Assembly (NCBI GenBank): GCA_947629005.1
Contig: CANRCD010000002.1
Coordinates: 240,488 to 304,487, forward strand
DNA from: an uncultured Clostridia bacterium
GTDB lineage: Bacteria; Bacillota; Clostridia; UMGS1883
Direction: 5' to 3'
Length of the DNA: 64,000 bases
A program made the translations under genes and the position numbers. Below are positions 1-7,777 of the stretch, piece by piece (position 1 is the first letter of the stretch; each line of letters opens with the position of its first letter). The notes under the pieces are model-generated. The model did no database searches. It was not told where the DNA came from and saw nothing but the letters and a program-made list of their open reading frames with translations.

Positions 1-873
1 TACAACGTGCTGCTCATGGGCACCGACGCCGAGGGCGGCCTGACGGACGTAATGATGGTTTACCACATCGACCCGAAGCAGAAGCAGATAAAGGTGCTTA
101 GTATACCGCGCGACACGCGGATTCTCTATAATAATCGTACCGAAAAGATAAACGCGGCCCACGCCTACGGCAAGAAGCAAAAGACCTCCGACGGGCACGA
201 CCGCGCCGACGAGTACGCCATCCGCGCCGTGAAGGAGCTTACCGGCATACCCATCCACCATTACGCTTGTATCAATTTCGCGGCCTTCCGTCAGGTGATT
301 GACGTTTTGGGCGGTTTTGACTACGATGTTCCGCAGAATATGAAGTACGACGACCCGTGGCAGGAGCTGCACATTGACCTTAAGAAAGGCTTTCAGCATT
401 TAGACGGAGATAAGGCCGAGCAGCTTGTGCGTTTCCGCAAGTATACCGACGGTGATATCGACCGCGTTGCCGTGCAGCAGGATGTTTTGAAGGAGCTCAT
501 CCGCCAGAAGGTGAACCCGACCGGCCTTGCGAAGGTGCCCGAGATATACGAGACCGTGCTTAAGAACGTGGATACGGATATGACTATGGCCGAGGCCGTG
601 GGCATAGCGAAAAATATCCTTGACGCGTCCGCCTCGAAGGTGGACGAGAACGGCGAGGAAATAAGCGGTATCGAGACTTTTACCCTTCCCGGCAGCTTTC
701 TTGATATCAGGAATGTTTCTTACTGGGAGCCTTCGCTCAAACAGATTGAAACCCTTGTGGCCGAGGAGTTTGGTTACGGCAGCGAAGAGGCTCTTGCCGC
801 CGCCGCTAAGAAGAACGCCCTTACCGCCGAAAACGCCAAGGTCAGCACAAATAGACCATCATCGGACGAGTGA
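1..873 (+). CDS. LytR-CpsA-Psr (LCP) family cell-wall polymer ligase, 5'-partial at window edge
   Basis: The frame is open from nt 1. It shows LCP-type motifs LLMGTD, MVYHIDPK..VLSIPRDT and VRFRK...D..R..RQQ. Confidence 0.8.
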   Translation, partial: YNVLLMGTDAEGGLTDVMMVYHIDPKQKQIKVLSIPRDTRILYNNRTEKINAAHAYGKKQKTSDGHDRADEYAIRAVKELTGIPIHHYACINFAAFRQVIDVLGGFDYDVPQNMKYDDPWQELHIDLKKGFQHLDGDKAEQLVRFRKYTDGDIDRVAVQQDVLKELIRQKVNPTGLAKVPEIYETVLKNVDTDMTMAEAVGIAKNILDASASKVDENGEEISGIETFTLPGSFLDIRNVSYWEPSLKQIETLVAEEFGYGSEEALAAAAKKNALTAENAKVSTNRPSSDE

Positions 874-973
874 TTTCATCCGGTGCGCACGCCGACTTGC
901 CTTTCCCGTGCCGCAGCCTTGCCCGCGCCTGCGTCCGCAGGTTGCCGCCGCTGCGGCTCGCAACAAAAGGCTT

Positions 974-1025
974 CCCCCTTGGGGGAAGCTGTCGGCCAAG
1001 CCGACTGATGAGGGGAGTTTTCCCC
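974..1025. repeat. GC-rich double-hairpin intergenic repeat (CCCCCTTGGGGG + GTCGGC-CAA-GCCGAC + GACTGATGAGG), copy 1
   Basis: Two short hairpins are seen directly. It shares the skeleton CCCTTGRGGGAARGC...GACTGAYRAGG with 4627-4670 in the same orientation. Confidence 0.6.
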
Positions 1026-1071
1026 GCCGCACTGCCGCAAATCCTAAACCGTGGCATATAAATAATATGGA

Positions 1072-1107
1072 ATGGGATAACCGCAAAGCGGTTATCCCAT
1101 GATTTTT
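1072..1107 (+). terminator. Intrinsic terminator (perfect 13-bp stem ATGGGATAACCGC-AAA-GCGGTTATCCCAT followed by GATTTTT)
   Basis: The perfect inverted repeat and T-run are seen directly, downstream of the LCP gene. Confidence 0.6.
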
Positions 1108-1113
1108 AGTTAA

Positions 1114-1151
1114 AATAGCTGGCGCTTTTGGACTGTGGCAGTTATTTTTTT
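1114..1151. terminator. Bidirectional hairpin terminator inside module A
   Basis: The stem AATAGCTGGC/TGGCAGTTATT has a 7-T run on the + strand. An A-to-G change relative to copy B keeps pairing as G-U. Confidence 0.55.
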
Positions 1152-1311
1152 GCGATTTCAATAAGGATTGACAATGTTGGCATATCCATACTATGTATGC
1201 ACCAAATATTTTACATGTTTGTCAATAATTGTCAACAGATTTTCCCGCCTCCCACCGCTCGGGCATTAATAAAAAACACAAAAAAATTAATAAAAAATGA
1301 TTCCAAGCTTG

Positions 1312-1340
1312 TTGACAAACCGGCGAGGGAGTGTTATAAT
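1312..1340 (+). promoter_or_regulatory. Sigma-A type promoter TTGACA-N17-TATAAT for the 1555-4487 transcription unit
   Basis: Consensus -35 and -10 hexamers with a 17-nt spacer are read directly. Confidence 0.7.
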
Positions 1341-1346
1341 AATTAT

Positions 1347-1554
1347 AAGTACCAAAGGGTGTGCTGTGCGCGTGCGCCGTGCGGGCGGCCCTTGGGTAAC
1401 GATGCCAATTCCTTTGCGCGGGGAGCCTCGCGGGTAATCCAAACGGGTATGGGAGGCCCGGAACAAATTGTCCAACGCTGCTGCCGGCGTGAAAGAAAGC
1501 AAAATGAAAATCGGTACATAACCGAAAAAATTAAAAACAGGAGGAAACAGAACA
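1347..1554 (+). promoter_or_regulatory. Long GC-rich structured 5' leader of unknown class
   Basis: About 200 nt lie between the predicted TSS and the AGGAGG RBS. There are nested complementarities (CCAAAGGG/CCCTTGG, GCGC-GT-GCGC, CGCG-GGGAGCCT-CGCG) and pseudo-repeated GGGTAAYS...GCGGG..GAGCC halves. Confidence 0.4.
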
Positions 1555-4302
1555 ATGAACACGAAAAAGCTTTTGGCTATGATCGTGGCCGTTGCCATGA
1601 TTATATCCATCGTTCCCATGTTCGGTATTGTTGCCAGCGCGGACGAAGCGCCCGCGTTCACCATTGACTCTATCGTTGCTGACGGCGGCGAGAGCTGGGA
1701 CAGGGTTTGGACATTTGATAGTGTTTCCGGTGACCTTAGAATTGAGTTCGACGTTACTTATACTGGTGAAGTGAACGACGACTTTATAGGTTTCGGTAAT
1801 GCTGTAAAGAATGGTCGTAATAGTGGCATTCCAGTATATGCCGGTACCGCTGTCGGTATTTATACTGCAGACACCGATGGCGATAAAGCATGGGACTCCC
1901 TTGCCTTCATGGACGGTAAGCAGGACACGAGCGCTGGCGATAAGAAGCCGGCAGTTAAGGTCGAACTTAATCAGAAGTATCACTTCTCCATTTCGACCAA
2001 CACGACCGAAAAGAACTATACTGCTTCTGTTACCAAGGATGGCGAAGTTGTTACGGAAAATATTACCGGTGGATACCGTGATAAGAACGAGAATACTGAG
2101 ATAATCAACTCTATTTCTACCGTTTCCAATAACCCCGGCAACTTTAAGATCGAAAATATTCAGTTCTTCTATGATGCCGACAGTGCTGTTAAGAAGGCAA
2201 CCGTGACTGTCAATGATTCTAACGGCGAAGAAATGGCTAAGTACGGCACTGCTCACAATGATAGGATCTATGTTGGCGATAAGTTTACTCCCATTTTTCC
2301 CGAATATCGTGTAAACGAGCAGGTTCTCCAGAAAATAACCCCCATCGGCGAAATAAATGTTGACGATGTTAACAAAGTTGTTACTGCTGAAGTTAAGGAT
2401 TTCAGACAGATTGTCGGTGAGAACAAGGTTAATAACCCCAGTTTTGAGGATGACCTTGCCAATTGGACCGTGACTGGCGGAGGTGAATTGCCCGCTACCG
2501 AGTATGAGATAACAACCGATGCTGCTAATGTAACTGATGGTGGTAAGGCTCTTTTCGCTAAGGGCAATGGCGGTAATGAGGGTACGGCTCTTGACACGAC
2601 ATGGGATGTAACCGCTGGAAAGGATTACTTTATTTCTGTTGACGCTAAGGCCACTAAGACGAAAGATCATCAGAATGCTTGGTTCTATGCTAACGATAGT
2701 ACCACAAAGATATTTGAGGATCTTGCCCTTCCCGTTTCTGGCCAGTGGTACACCAAGCAGGGTATAGTTACCCTTAACGAAACTCAGAATAAAATTGGCT
2801 TTTACGGAAGCTGGTTTGGCAATGACTCTGCTCCCTACTTTGATAACTTTAAGGTATATGAGCTTGATATCCTTGCAGATCAGCAAGAAAGAGAGAACAT
2901 TCCTGTTGACCTTGTAAATGCCGAGGGCACTGTGGTTGGCAGCGGTACCTCTGTTACCAGTGGCATTGTTGGCGAAACCGCCACCGTTCTTACCGCCAGC
3001 AACGCTATAATTGACGGTATCGACGGCAACAAGTATTTTGTTCCTGCTAATGTTCAGAAAGAGATTCCCAAAGATGGCAGCATTAAGGCCGAGGTTACCC
3101 TTCTTTCTACCTATATGGTTCGTGATAAGGCTCAGGATTCCGGCCTTGCCAATGACGGCGTATGGGTTGGCAACGGCAACGCCTCCGATGGAAACGACCC
3201 GACCAAGTACAACGGTCAGGACGTTTTCGGCGGTTACGCGTGGAGTAATAATCGCGGCTATGACAGACTCGGCGTAGCGGTTCTTGCGCTTCCCGAGGGC
3301 TTCAACGCCAGCGGCAACTATGCCCTCACTGCTGATAATTACCGCCTGCATGCGAACGGAGGCAATGTTACCACTCTTTGGGCTATAAGCAAGAGCGATT
3401 ACAGCGAAATGACGAACATTACAGCCGCAGGGCTTTATGCTACCAAGAATGAAAGCAACGTTATTTTCGAGGATAGCGTTATCGGCAACATTATTCCCCT
3501 TAACGCTGAAGCACTTGCCAGCGTTGTTGCTGAAGGCGATAGCGAGGTTGTAATTCTTGCTACTTCCAGCGATGCCCTTATAGGTCTTACCGGCAACGTA
3601 AGAATTATTGAGCTTACGCAGCCCACCATTACCGGCCCCACCCTCGGCTGGAACGGCAGCAGCTTCACTATCAACTATATAACCGGCAGTGCCATAAGCA
3701 AGATTGACATAAACAACAACGGCAACAAGACCGATTCCGTGGTCGCCGCTATCAACAATCGCAACGACAGCAACTTCTTCCAGACTGCTACGGAGAATAA
3801 CGGTATAGCCTTTGTTCCCAAGGGCACCAACATTCAATATCAGGCCAAGGCCGTAGCCGGCAAGCTTGAATCTGAGTATACCGCTCCCACCAGCATCTAC
3901 AAGCTGGTTGCCGATGCCATTGCCGAAGTTAAGCCTGACACTCTTCAGGACGCCCAGAAAGCTGCTGCTATCGCTGTGCTTAACGCCGGCGGCGTAGGCA
4001 TCAAGGATGGAGCGCTCAACACCGAGGCTGCTAAGCTTCTTAAGCTTGAAAACAACATAGTTACCGTAAGTGATGATGCTGCCGCTGCCGGTCTTGTTAT
4101 AAACGACGGTGAGGTTAGCGTATCTGTTGACGGTGTGATAACCAAGGTTACCGCTACCGAAGGCAAGATCGACCTCAGCTCTGTTATGACTGCTGCCGCA
4201 GAAGAGGTTGCACTTTTTGAAATTGAGTTTGACTTTGCTGACGAGACCGTTAACGAGATTGTTGACGCCGTCGGCGAGGTTGACTTCGTTGAAGAGATAT
4301 AA
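1555..4302 (+). CDS. Large secreted/surface protein with a CBM4/9/22-like carbohydrate-binding segment, function unknown
   Basis: It has the signal peptide MNTKKLLAMIVAVAMIISIVPMFGIVASA, a segment NNPSFEDDLANWTVTGGG...YFDNFKVYEL, and a strong RBS AGGAGG. Lower GC and T-ending codon bias distinguish it from its neighbours. Confidence 0.75.
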   Translation: MNTKKLLAMIVAVAMIISIVPMFGIVASADEAPAFTIDSIVADGGESWDRVWTFDSVSGDLRIEFDVTYTGEVNDDFIGFGNAVKNGRNSGIPVYAGTAVGIYTADTDGDKAWDSLAFMDGKQDTSAGDKKPAVKVELNQKYHFSISTNTTEKNYTASVTKDGEVVTENITGGYRDKNENTEIINSISTVSNNPGNFKIENIQFFYDADSAVKKATVTVNDSNGEEMAKYGTAHNDRIYVGDKFTPIFPEYRVNEQVLQKITPIGEINVDDVNKVVTAEVKDFRQIVGENKVNNPSFEDDLANWTVTGGGELPATEYEITTDAANVTDGGKALFAKGNGGNEGTALDTTWDVTAGKDYFISVDAKATKTKDHQNAWFYANDSTTKIFEDLALPVSGQWYTKQGIVTLNETQNKIGFYGSWFGNDSAPYFDNFKVYELDILADQQERENIPVDLVNAEGTVVGSGTSVTSGIVGETATVLTASNAIIDGIDGNKYFVPANVQKEIPKDGSIKAEVTLLSTYMVRDKAQDSGLANDGVWVGNGNASDGNDPTKYNGQDVFGGYAWSNNRGYDRLGVAVLALPEGFNASGNYALTADNYRLHANGGNVTTLWAISKSDYSEMTNITAAGLYATKNESNVIFEDSVIGNIIPLNAEALASVVAEGDSEVVILATSSDALIGLTGNVRIIELTQPTITGPTLGWNGSSFTINYITGSAISKIDINNNGNKTDSVVAAINNRNDSNFFQTATENNGIAFVPKGTNIQYQAKAVAGKLESEYTAPTSIYKLVADAIAEVKPDTLQDAQKAAAIAVLNAGGVGIKDGALNTEAAKLLKLENNIVTVSDDAAAAGLVINDGEVSVSVDGVITKVTATEGKIDLSSVMTAAAEEVALFEIEFDFADETVNEIVDAVGEVDFVEEI

Positions 4303-4316
4303 GGAGGTTAACTGAA

Positions 4317-4487
4317 ATGAGAAAGTTTATTGCTCCTGAAATCAATTTCGTTGAAATCGTTTCCGAGGACGTTATCATGGTTTCCACTCTGGCCGCTCAG
4401 AACTCTGGCCTTACTCAGATTAGGGATAATGATGGTACTCCTGCCGACCCCGGAATTTGGACCGGCGTTGACGACAGCTGGGTATAA
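4317..4487 (+). CDS. Unannotated 56-aa ORF (MRKFIAPEINFVEIVSEDVIMVSTLAAQNSGLTQIRDNDGTPADPGIWTGVDDSWV)
   Basis: It is below the 60-aa ORF-track cutoff. An RBS AAGGAGG lies 8 nt upstream of the ATG and 14 nt after the stop of the preceding gene. It shares that gene's codon style and is followed by an intrinsic terminator. Confidence 0.6.
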   Translation: MRKFIAPEINFVEIVSEDVIMVSTLAAQNSGLTQIRDNDGTPADPGIWTGVDDSWV

Positions 4488-4551
4488 ACCCCCGCTGACC
4501 GACTTACGGTTGATTAACGATTGATTTTTTGACAAAACTCCCAAACATTAT

Positions 4552-4580
4552 GGGCCGCGAAAGCGGCCCATTTTGCTTTT
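4552..4580 (+). terminator. Intrinsic terminator GGGCCGC-GAAA-GCGGCCC plus T-run
   Basis: The hairpin and the TTTTGCTTTT tract are read directly. Confidence 0.75.
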
Positions 4581-4626
4581 GTAAACTCTTGCGTACTTCG
4601 CAAAGTCCCTGTTCCCGCCGCTAAGT

Positions 4627-4670
4627 CTCCCTTGAGGGAAAGCAGCCGTCCGCGGGCTGACTGACAAGGT
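4627..4670. repeat. GC-rich double-hairpin intergenic repeat, copy 2 (TCCCTTGAGGGA + CAGCC-GTCCGCG-GGCTG + ACTGACAAGG)
   Basis: It has the same skeleton and orientation as 974-1025. Confidence 0.6.
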
Positions 4671-4703
4671 GTGCCCGTGTGGACAAAAATTTCCGAAAAA
4701 CAC

Positions 4704-4732
4704 TTGAACCTTTGGCCCTATTATGGTACAAT
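4704..4732 (+). promoter_or_regulatory. Promoter TTGAAC-N17-TACAAT with extended -10 TGn for araA
   Basis: Read directly. Confidence 0.55.
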
Positions 4733-4763
4733 AAATACATCAAAACAAAAAGGAGATTTTACC

Positions 4764-6227
4764 ATGTCGAAAGAATTCTGGCTGATAACCGGCGGCCAGC
4801 ACCTCTACGGCACTGACGCGTTCGCGGAAATGAATGCCCACAGCGCCGAGATAGCCGCCTCCCTTTCCGAAAGGCTTCCCTTTCGCGTTCTAAGCAAGGG
4901 CCTTGTAACCCTGCCGGACGAAATTTCCGCCGTCGTGGCCGAGGCCAACACTTGCGCTGACTGCCTTGGCGTTATCATGTGGATGCACGTATTTTCGCCA
5001 TCCAAAATGTGGATAGCCGGCCTTAAAGCCCTGCAAAAGCCCATGCTCCATCTGCATACGCAGTATAACCGCGAAATTCCATGGGATACCATTGATATGG
5101 ACTTCATGAACCTGAACCAGTCCGCCCACGGCGACCGCGAGCATGGCTTTATCGTCAGCCGCATGGGCCTCAGCCGCAAGGTCGTCGTCGGACATTGGCA
5201 AAATGACGACGTGGCCGAAAAAATTGGCGCATGGATGCGCGCCGCCGACGCTTGGGCTTTTAGCAACAGTCTTAAGGTGGCTCGCTTCGGCGACAATATG
5301 CGTGAGGTTGCCGTGACCGAGGGCGATAAGGTTGAGGCTCAGATTAAGCTCGGCTGGAGTGTCAACGGTTACGGTATGGGAGACCTTGTCGAGGTAATTA
5401 ACGCCGTCAGCGATGAGGATATCGAGGCCAAGCTAAAGGAGTACGAGGAAAGGTACGAATATAACACCACTCAGCGCGAGGCCGTCCGTGTGCAGGCCAA
5501 ATACGAGGTGGGAATGCGCTGCTTCCTCGAAAACGGCGGCTTCGGCGCGTTTACCACTACCTTTGAGGACCTTCACGGCCTGCGACAGCTGCCCGGCCTC
5601 GCTGTGCAGAATATGCTTGCGGACGGCTACGGCTTCGGCGCTGAGGGCGACTGGAAAACAGCTGCCCTTGTGGCAGTGATGAAGCGCATGGCCAAGGGCC
5701 TTGACGGCGGCGCCGCGTTTATGGAGGATTATACATATCACCTTGAAAAGGGCCGCGAGCTCGCTCTCGGAGCTCACATGCTTGAGGTTTGTCCCTCTAT
5801 TGCCGAGGATAAACCCAAAATTGAGGTTCATCCCCTCGGTATCGGCGGCAAGGAGGATCCCGCCCGCCTTGTATTCAACGGCCGACAGGGGCGCGCCGTC
5901 GCCGCGACGCTGCTCGATATGGGCGACCGCTTTAGGCTGCTTGTTTCTGAGGTTGAGCTTGTGAAAATCAAGAAAAAAATGCCAATGCTGCCCGTGGCCC
6001 GCGTGCTTTGGAAACCCCTGCCCGACCTCGCTACCTCTGCCGAAGCGTGGATACTCGCCGGCGGAGCGCACCACACCTGCCTTTCCGACGCGCTCACCAC
6101 TCAGCACCTGCGCGATTTCGCCGAGATTGCGGGTATCGAGTGCGTGGTTATTGACGAAAAGACTGATATCAATGATTTTAAGAAGGATCTCCGCTATAAC
6201 GCCGTGGCTTTTAAGCTGGGGCTGTAA
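4764..6227 (+). CDS. araA: L-arabinose isomerase
   Basis: The N-terminus MSKEFWLITGGQHLYG is typical of AraA. An RBS AGGAG lies 8 nt upstream, so the ORF-track start at 4671 is an upstream extension. Confidence 0.85.
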   Translation: MSKEFWLITGGQHLYGTDAFAEMNAHSAEIAASLSERLPFRVLSKGLVTLPDEISAVVAEANTCADCLGVIMWMHVFSPSKMWIAGLKALQKPMLHLHTQYNREIPWDTIDMDFMNLNQSAHGDREHGFIVSRMGLSRKVVVGHWQNDDVAEKIGAWMRAADAWAFSNSLKVARFGDNMREVAVTEGDKVEAQIKLGWSVNGYGMGDLVEVINAVSDEDIEAKLKEYEERYEYNTTQREAVRVQAKYEVGMRCFLENGGFGAFTTTFEDLHGLRQLPGLAVQNMLADGYGFGAEGDWKTAALVAVMKRMAKGLDGGAAFMEDYTYHLEKGRELALGAHMLEVCPSIAEDKPKIEVHPLGIGGKEDPARLVFNGRQGRAVAATLLDMGDRFRLLVSEVELVKIKKKMPMLPVARVLWKPLPDLATSAEAWILAGGAHHTCLSDALTTQHLRDFAEIAGIECVVIDEKTDINDFKKDLRYNAVAFKLGL

Positions 6228-6250
6228 ACCGATTTTCTGCGATGTACGCA

Positions 6251-6277
6251 AAAAAAGGGCCGAAAGGCCCTTTTTTT
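6251..6277. terminator. Bidirectional terminator A6-GGGCC-GAAA-GGCCC-T7
   Basis: It lies between the convergent araA and S41 peptidase genes. Confidence 0.8.
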
Positions 6278-6286
6278 AAATCGGTA

Positions 6287-7777
6287 TTATTCAAAATACG
6301 CCAGCGCGGCGGCCATCTGGTCGTCAACGACCTTTACGACGCCGTCATATTCAAAATCCGTCAGCTTTAGGGCGGTGTTGAAATCCAGCTCGCCGCTGAG
6401 TTCCAGCTCGCTGTATGCTTGGAAAATTCGCAGGGCCTCCGAGGTTTTTTCATCAAAAACTCCGTCGGCGTCCGCGTCCTCAATCAGACCGAGGGCGTTC
6501 AGCCGCTGTTCGGCGGCCATGCGCGACGTGTCCGAGTCGAGCTGCGCGAAGTCAAACAGCAGGAAGCTATCCTCATCCACGGGTATCTCGGTATTCTCCA
6601 CAGGGAAATCGGGCGTCAGGCCCACGGTGTGGACGCGCTCTCCCTTGGGGGAGAAGTACTCGCCTGTCGTGAATTTGACGCCGCTGCCGGCGACCGTGCG
6701 TATCATGCTCTGCATACTGCCCTTGCCGTAGGTATGCTCTCCCATAAGCTTCGCTCGCCCGCGGCTTTGCAGAGCCATCGCCAGAAACTCGCTGGCTGAG
6801 GCGGTTTTTCCGTCTACCAGAACAAGAATCTTGTAGCGCGGAGCGTCGAGGTTCTCACTGTAGATTTCCTCCTCGACCTCGCCGTTCTTGTATTCCTTAA
6901 GTTTGCCGATGAGCCCCGCCGGTATCAGCTTCTGCGCCACCGATATCGCGGCGTGCAGCTCTCCGCCTCCGTTGCCGCGCAAATCAATGATTACGTTTTC
7001 TATGCCGGAAGAGTCGATTTCGGCAATGTATCTGTCAAAATCATCGGGAAGTGAGCCCGTGAACGAATCCACGTCAATGTAGGCAATTTTATCATCAATA
7101 ATTTCCATGCTGGAGTGGCTTTCGGTGATTTTGCGGCGCACGGCGCGTATGGGAATGAGTCCCTCGCCGCGCCGAACCGTCAACTCGACGGAGGTATTCT
7201 CCTCGCCGACGACCATTGAGCGCACGTCCGCGGGCAACATACCCGATACGTCGACGCCGTCCACCGTCATAATTTGGTCTCCCACTCGTAGGCCGGCTTC
7301 CTCGCCGCTGCCGCCCGCAAATACGCTGTTGACCACAACGCCGCCGTCCTTGGGCTCCAGCACAACGCCAAGCCCGTAAAAAGCCGCGCCGTAGTACTCG
7401 ATTTCATTCTCGAAGGCGTCAGCGGGATAAAACTCGGCGAATTCATCGCCGGTGGCGTCCAGCATAGCCTTAAGGGCTAAGTCAATGTCGAACTCTCCTC
7501 CGTTCTCGATAGTGGCGCAGATTATGGCGTAGAGTAGGTTGTTGTCGCTGACGCCGTAGTAGTATTCATCCGCAATAGTGTGTGCCATGCTGTATATCAG
7601 CCGCTCCTGCTGCATGGGCGAAAGCGCGGGCCGCTCCTCGGTTTGGGGCTCGGCCTCCGGCAGGGCTTCGGATGACTGCTCTGTAGGAGGCTGCTCGGCC
7701 AAAGGGTCCTCCGCTAAAGCAAAAGCGGGGGAGAGCGCCATTATGAGCGCTGTAAGCAGGGAAATTAATTTCTTCAT
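6287..7777 (-). CDS. S41 family C-terminal processing peptidase with PDZ and C-terminal peptidoglycan-binding domain
   Basis: It has the signal peptide MKKLISLLTALIMALSPAFALA, a PDZ-like GLRVGDQIMTVDGVDVSG, an S41 core (DLRGNGGG, TASASE) and a PG_binding_1-like tail (LNALGL...DGVFDEKTSEALRIFQ). Confidence 0.85.
   Translation of the reverse strand: MKKLISLLTALIMALSPAFALAEDPLAEQPPTEQSSEALPEAEPQTEERPALSPMQQERLIYSMAHTIADEYYYGVSDNNLLYAIICATIENGGEFDIDLALKAMLDATGDEFAEFYPADAFENEIEYYGAAFYGLGVVLEPKDGGVVVNSVFAGGSGEEAGLRVGDQIMTVDGVDVSGMLPADVRSMVVGEENTSVELTVRRGEGLIPIRAVRRKITESHSSMEIIDDKIAYIDVDSFTGSLPDDFDRYIAEIDSSGIENVIIDLRGNGGGELHAAISVAQKLIPAGLIGKLKEYKNGEVEEEIYSENLDAPRYKILVLVDGKTASASEFLAMALQSRGRAKLMGEHTYGKGSMQSMIRTVAGSGVKFTTGEYFSPKGERVHTVGLTPDFPVENTEIPVDEDSFLLFDFAQLDSDTSRMAAEQRLNALGLIEDADADGVFDEKTSEALRIFQAYSELELSGELDFNTALKLTDFEYDGVVKVVDDQMAAALAYFE

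Larger units (their letters stand above)
1042..1250. repeat. Duplicated intergenic module, copy A (paralog of 46541-46812)
   Basis: By-eye alignment to copy B is roughly 80 percent identical over the core AAAATA[A/G]CTG..CGCTTTTGGA..GGCAGTTATTTTTTT.CGATTTCA.TAAGGA.TG.CAATGTT. The shared ends are TCCTAAAC and ATTTTCCCGC. Confidence 0.7.

Noticed and set aside
1005-1030. CTGATGAG followed by a GGGGA-GTTT-TCCCC hairpin, resembling the hammerhead ribozyme core plus stem II
   Set aside because: The obligatory GAAA element does not follow stem II (the sequence continues GCCGCACTGCC). The second repeat copy at 4627-4670 reads CTGACTGACAAGG instead. I therefore treat it as a chance resemblance inside a hairpin repeat.
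1347-1500. Assignment of the leader as a ydaO-type c-di-AMP riboswitch
   Set aside because: Only partial motif resemblance is present (GGGGAGCC, GGGTAATCC, ACGGG, CCCGGAAC). The conserved 3' ACCCGA..AGCUAACC.CG.AAGCG segment is absent. It is kept only as an unclassified structured leader pending cmscan.
1531-3837. 768-aa ORF on the minus strand, antisense to the large secreted protein gene
   Set aside because: It has a low-complexity composition rich in Val, Gly, Asn, Ile, Ala and Ser, no RBS or promoter, and it fully overlaps a gene with a signal peptide, RBS and recognisable domain. It is a shadow ORF produced by the sense-strand codon bias.
4671-4763. N-terminal extensions suggested by the ORF track for araA (4671), pdxS (36839), tyrS (46791), the LysR gene (61379), the 5'-nucleotidase (58735) and others
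   Set aside because: The extensions run through predicted promoters or lack an RBS. Internal ATGs with good Shine-Dalgarno sequences match the conserved family N-termini.
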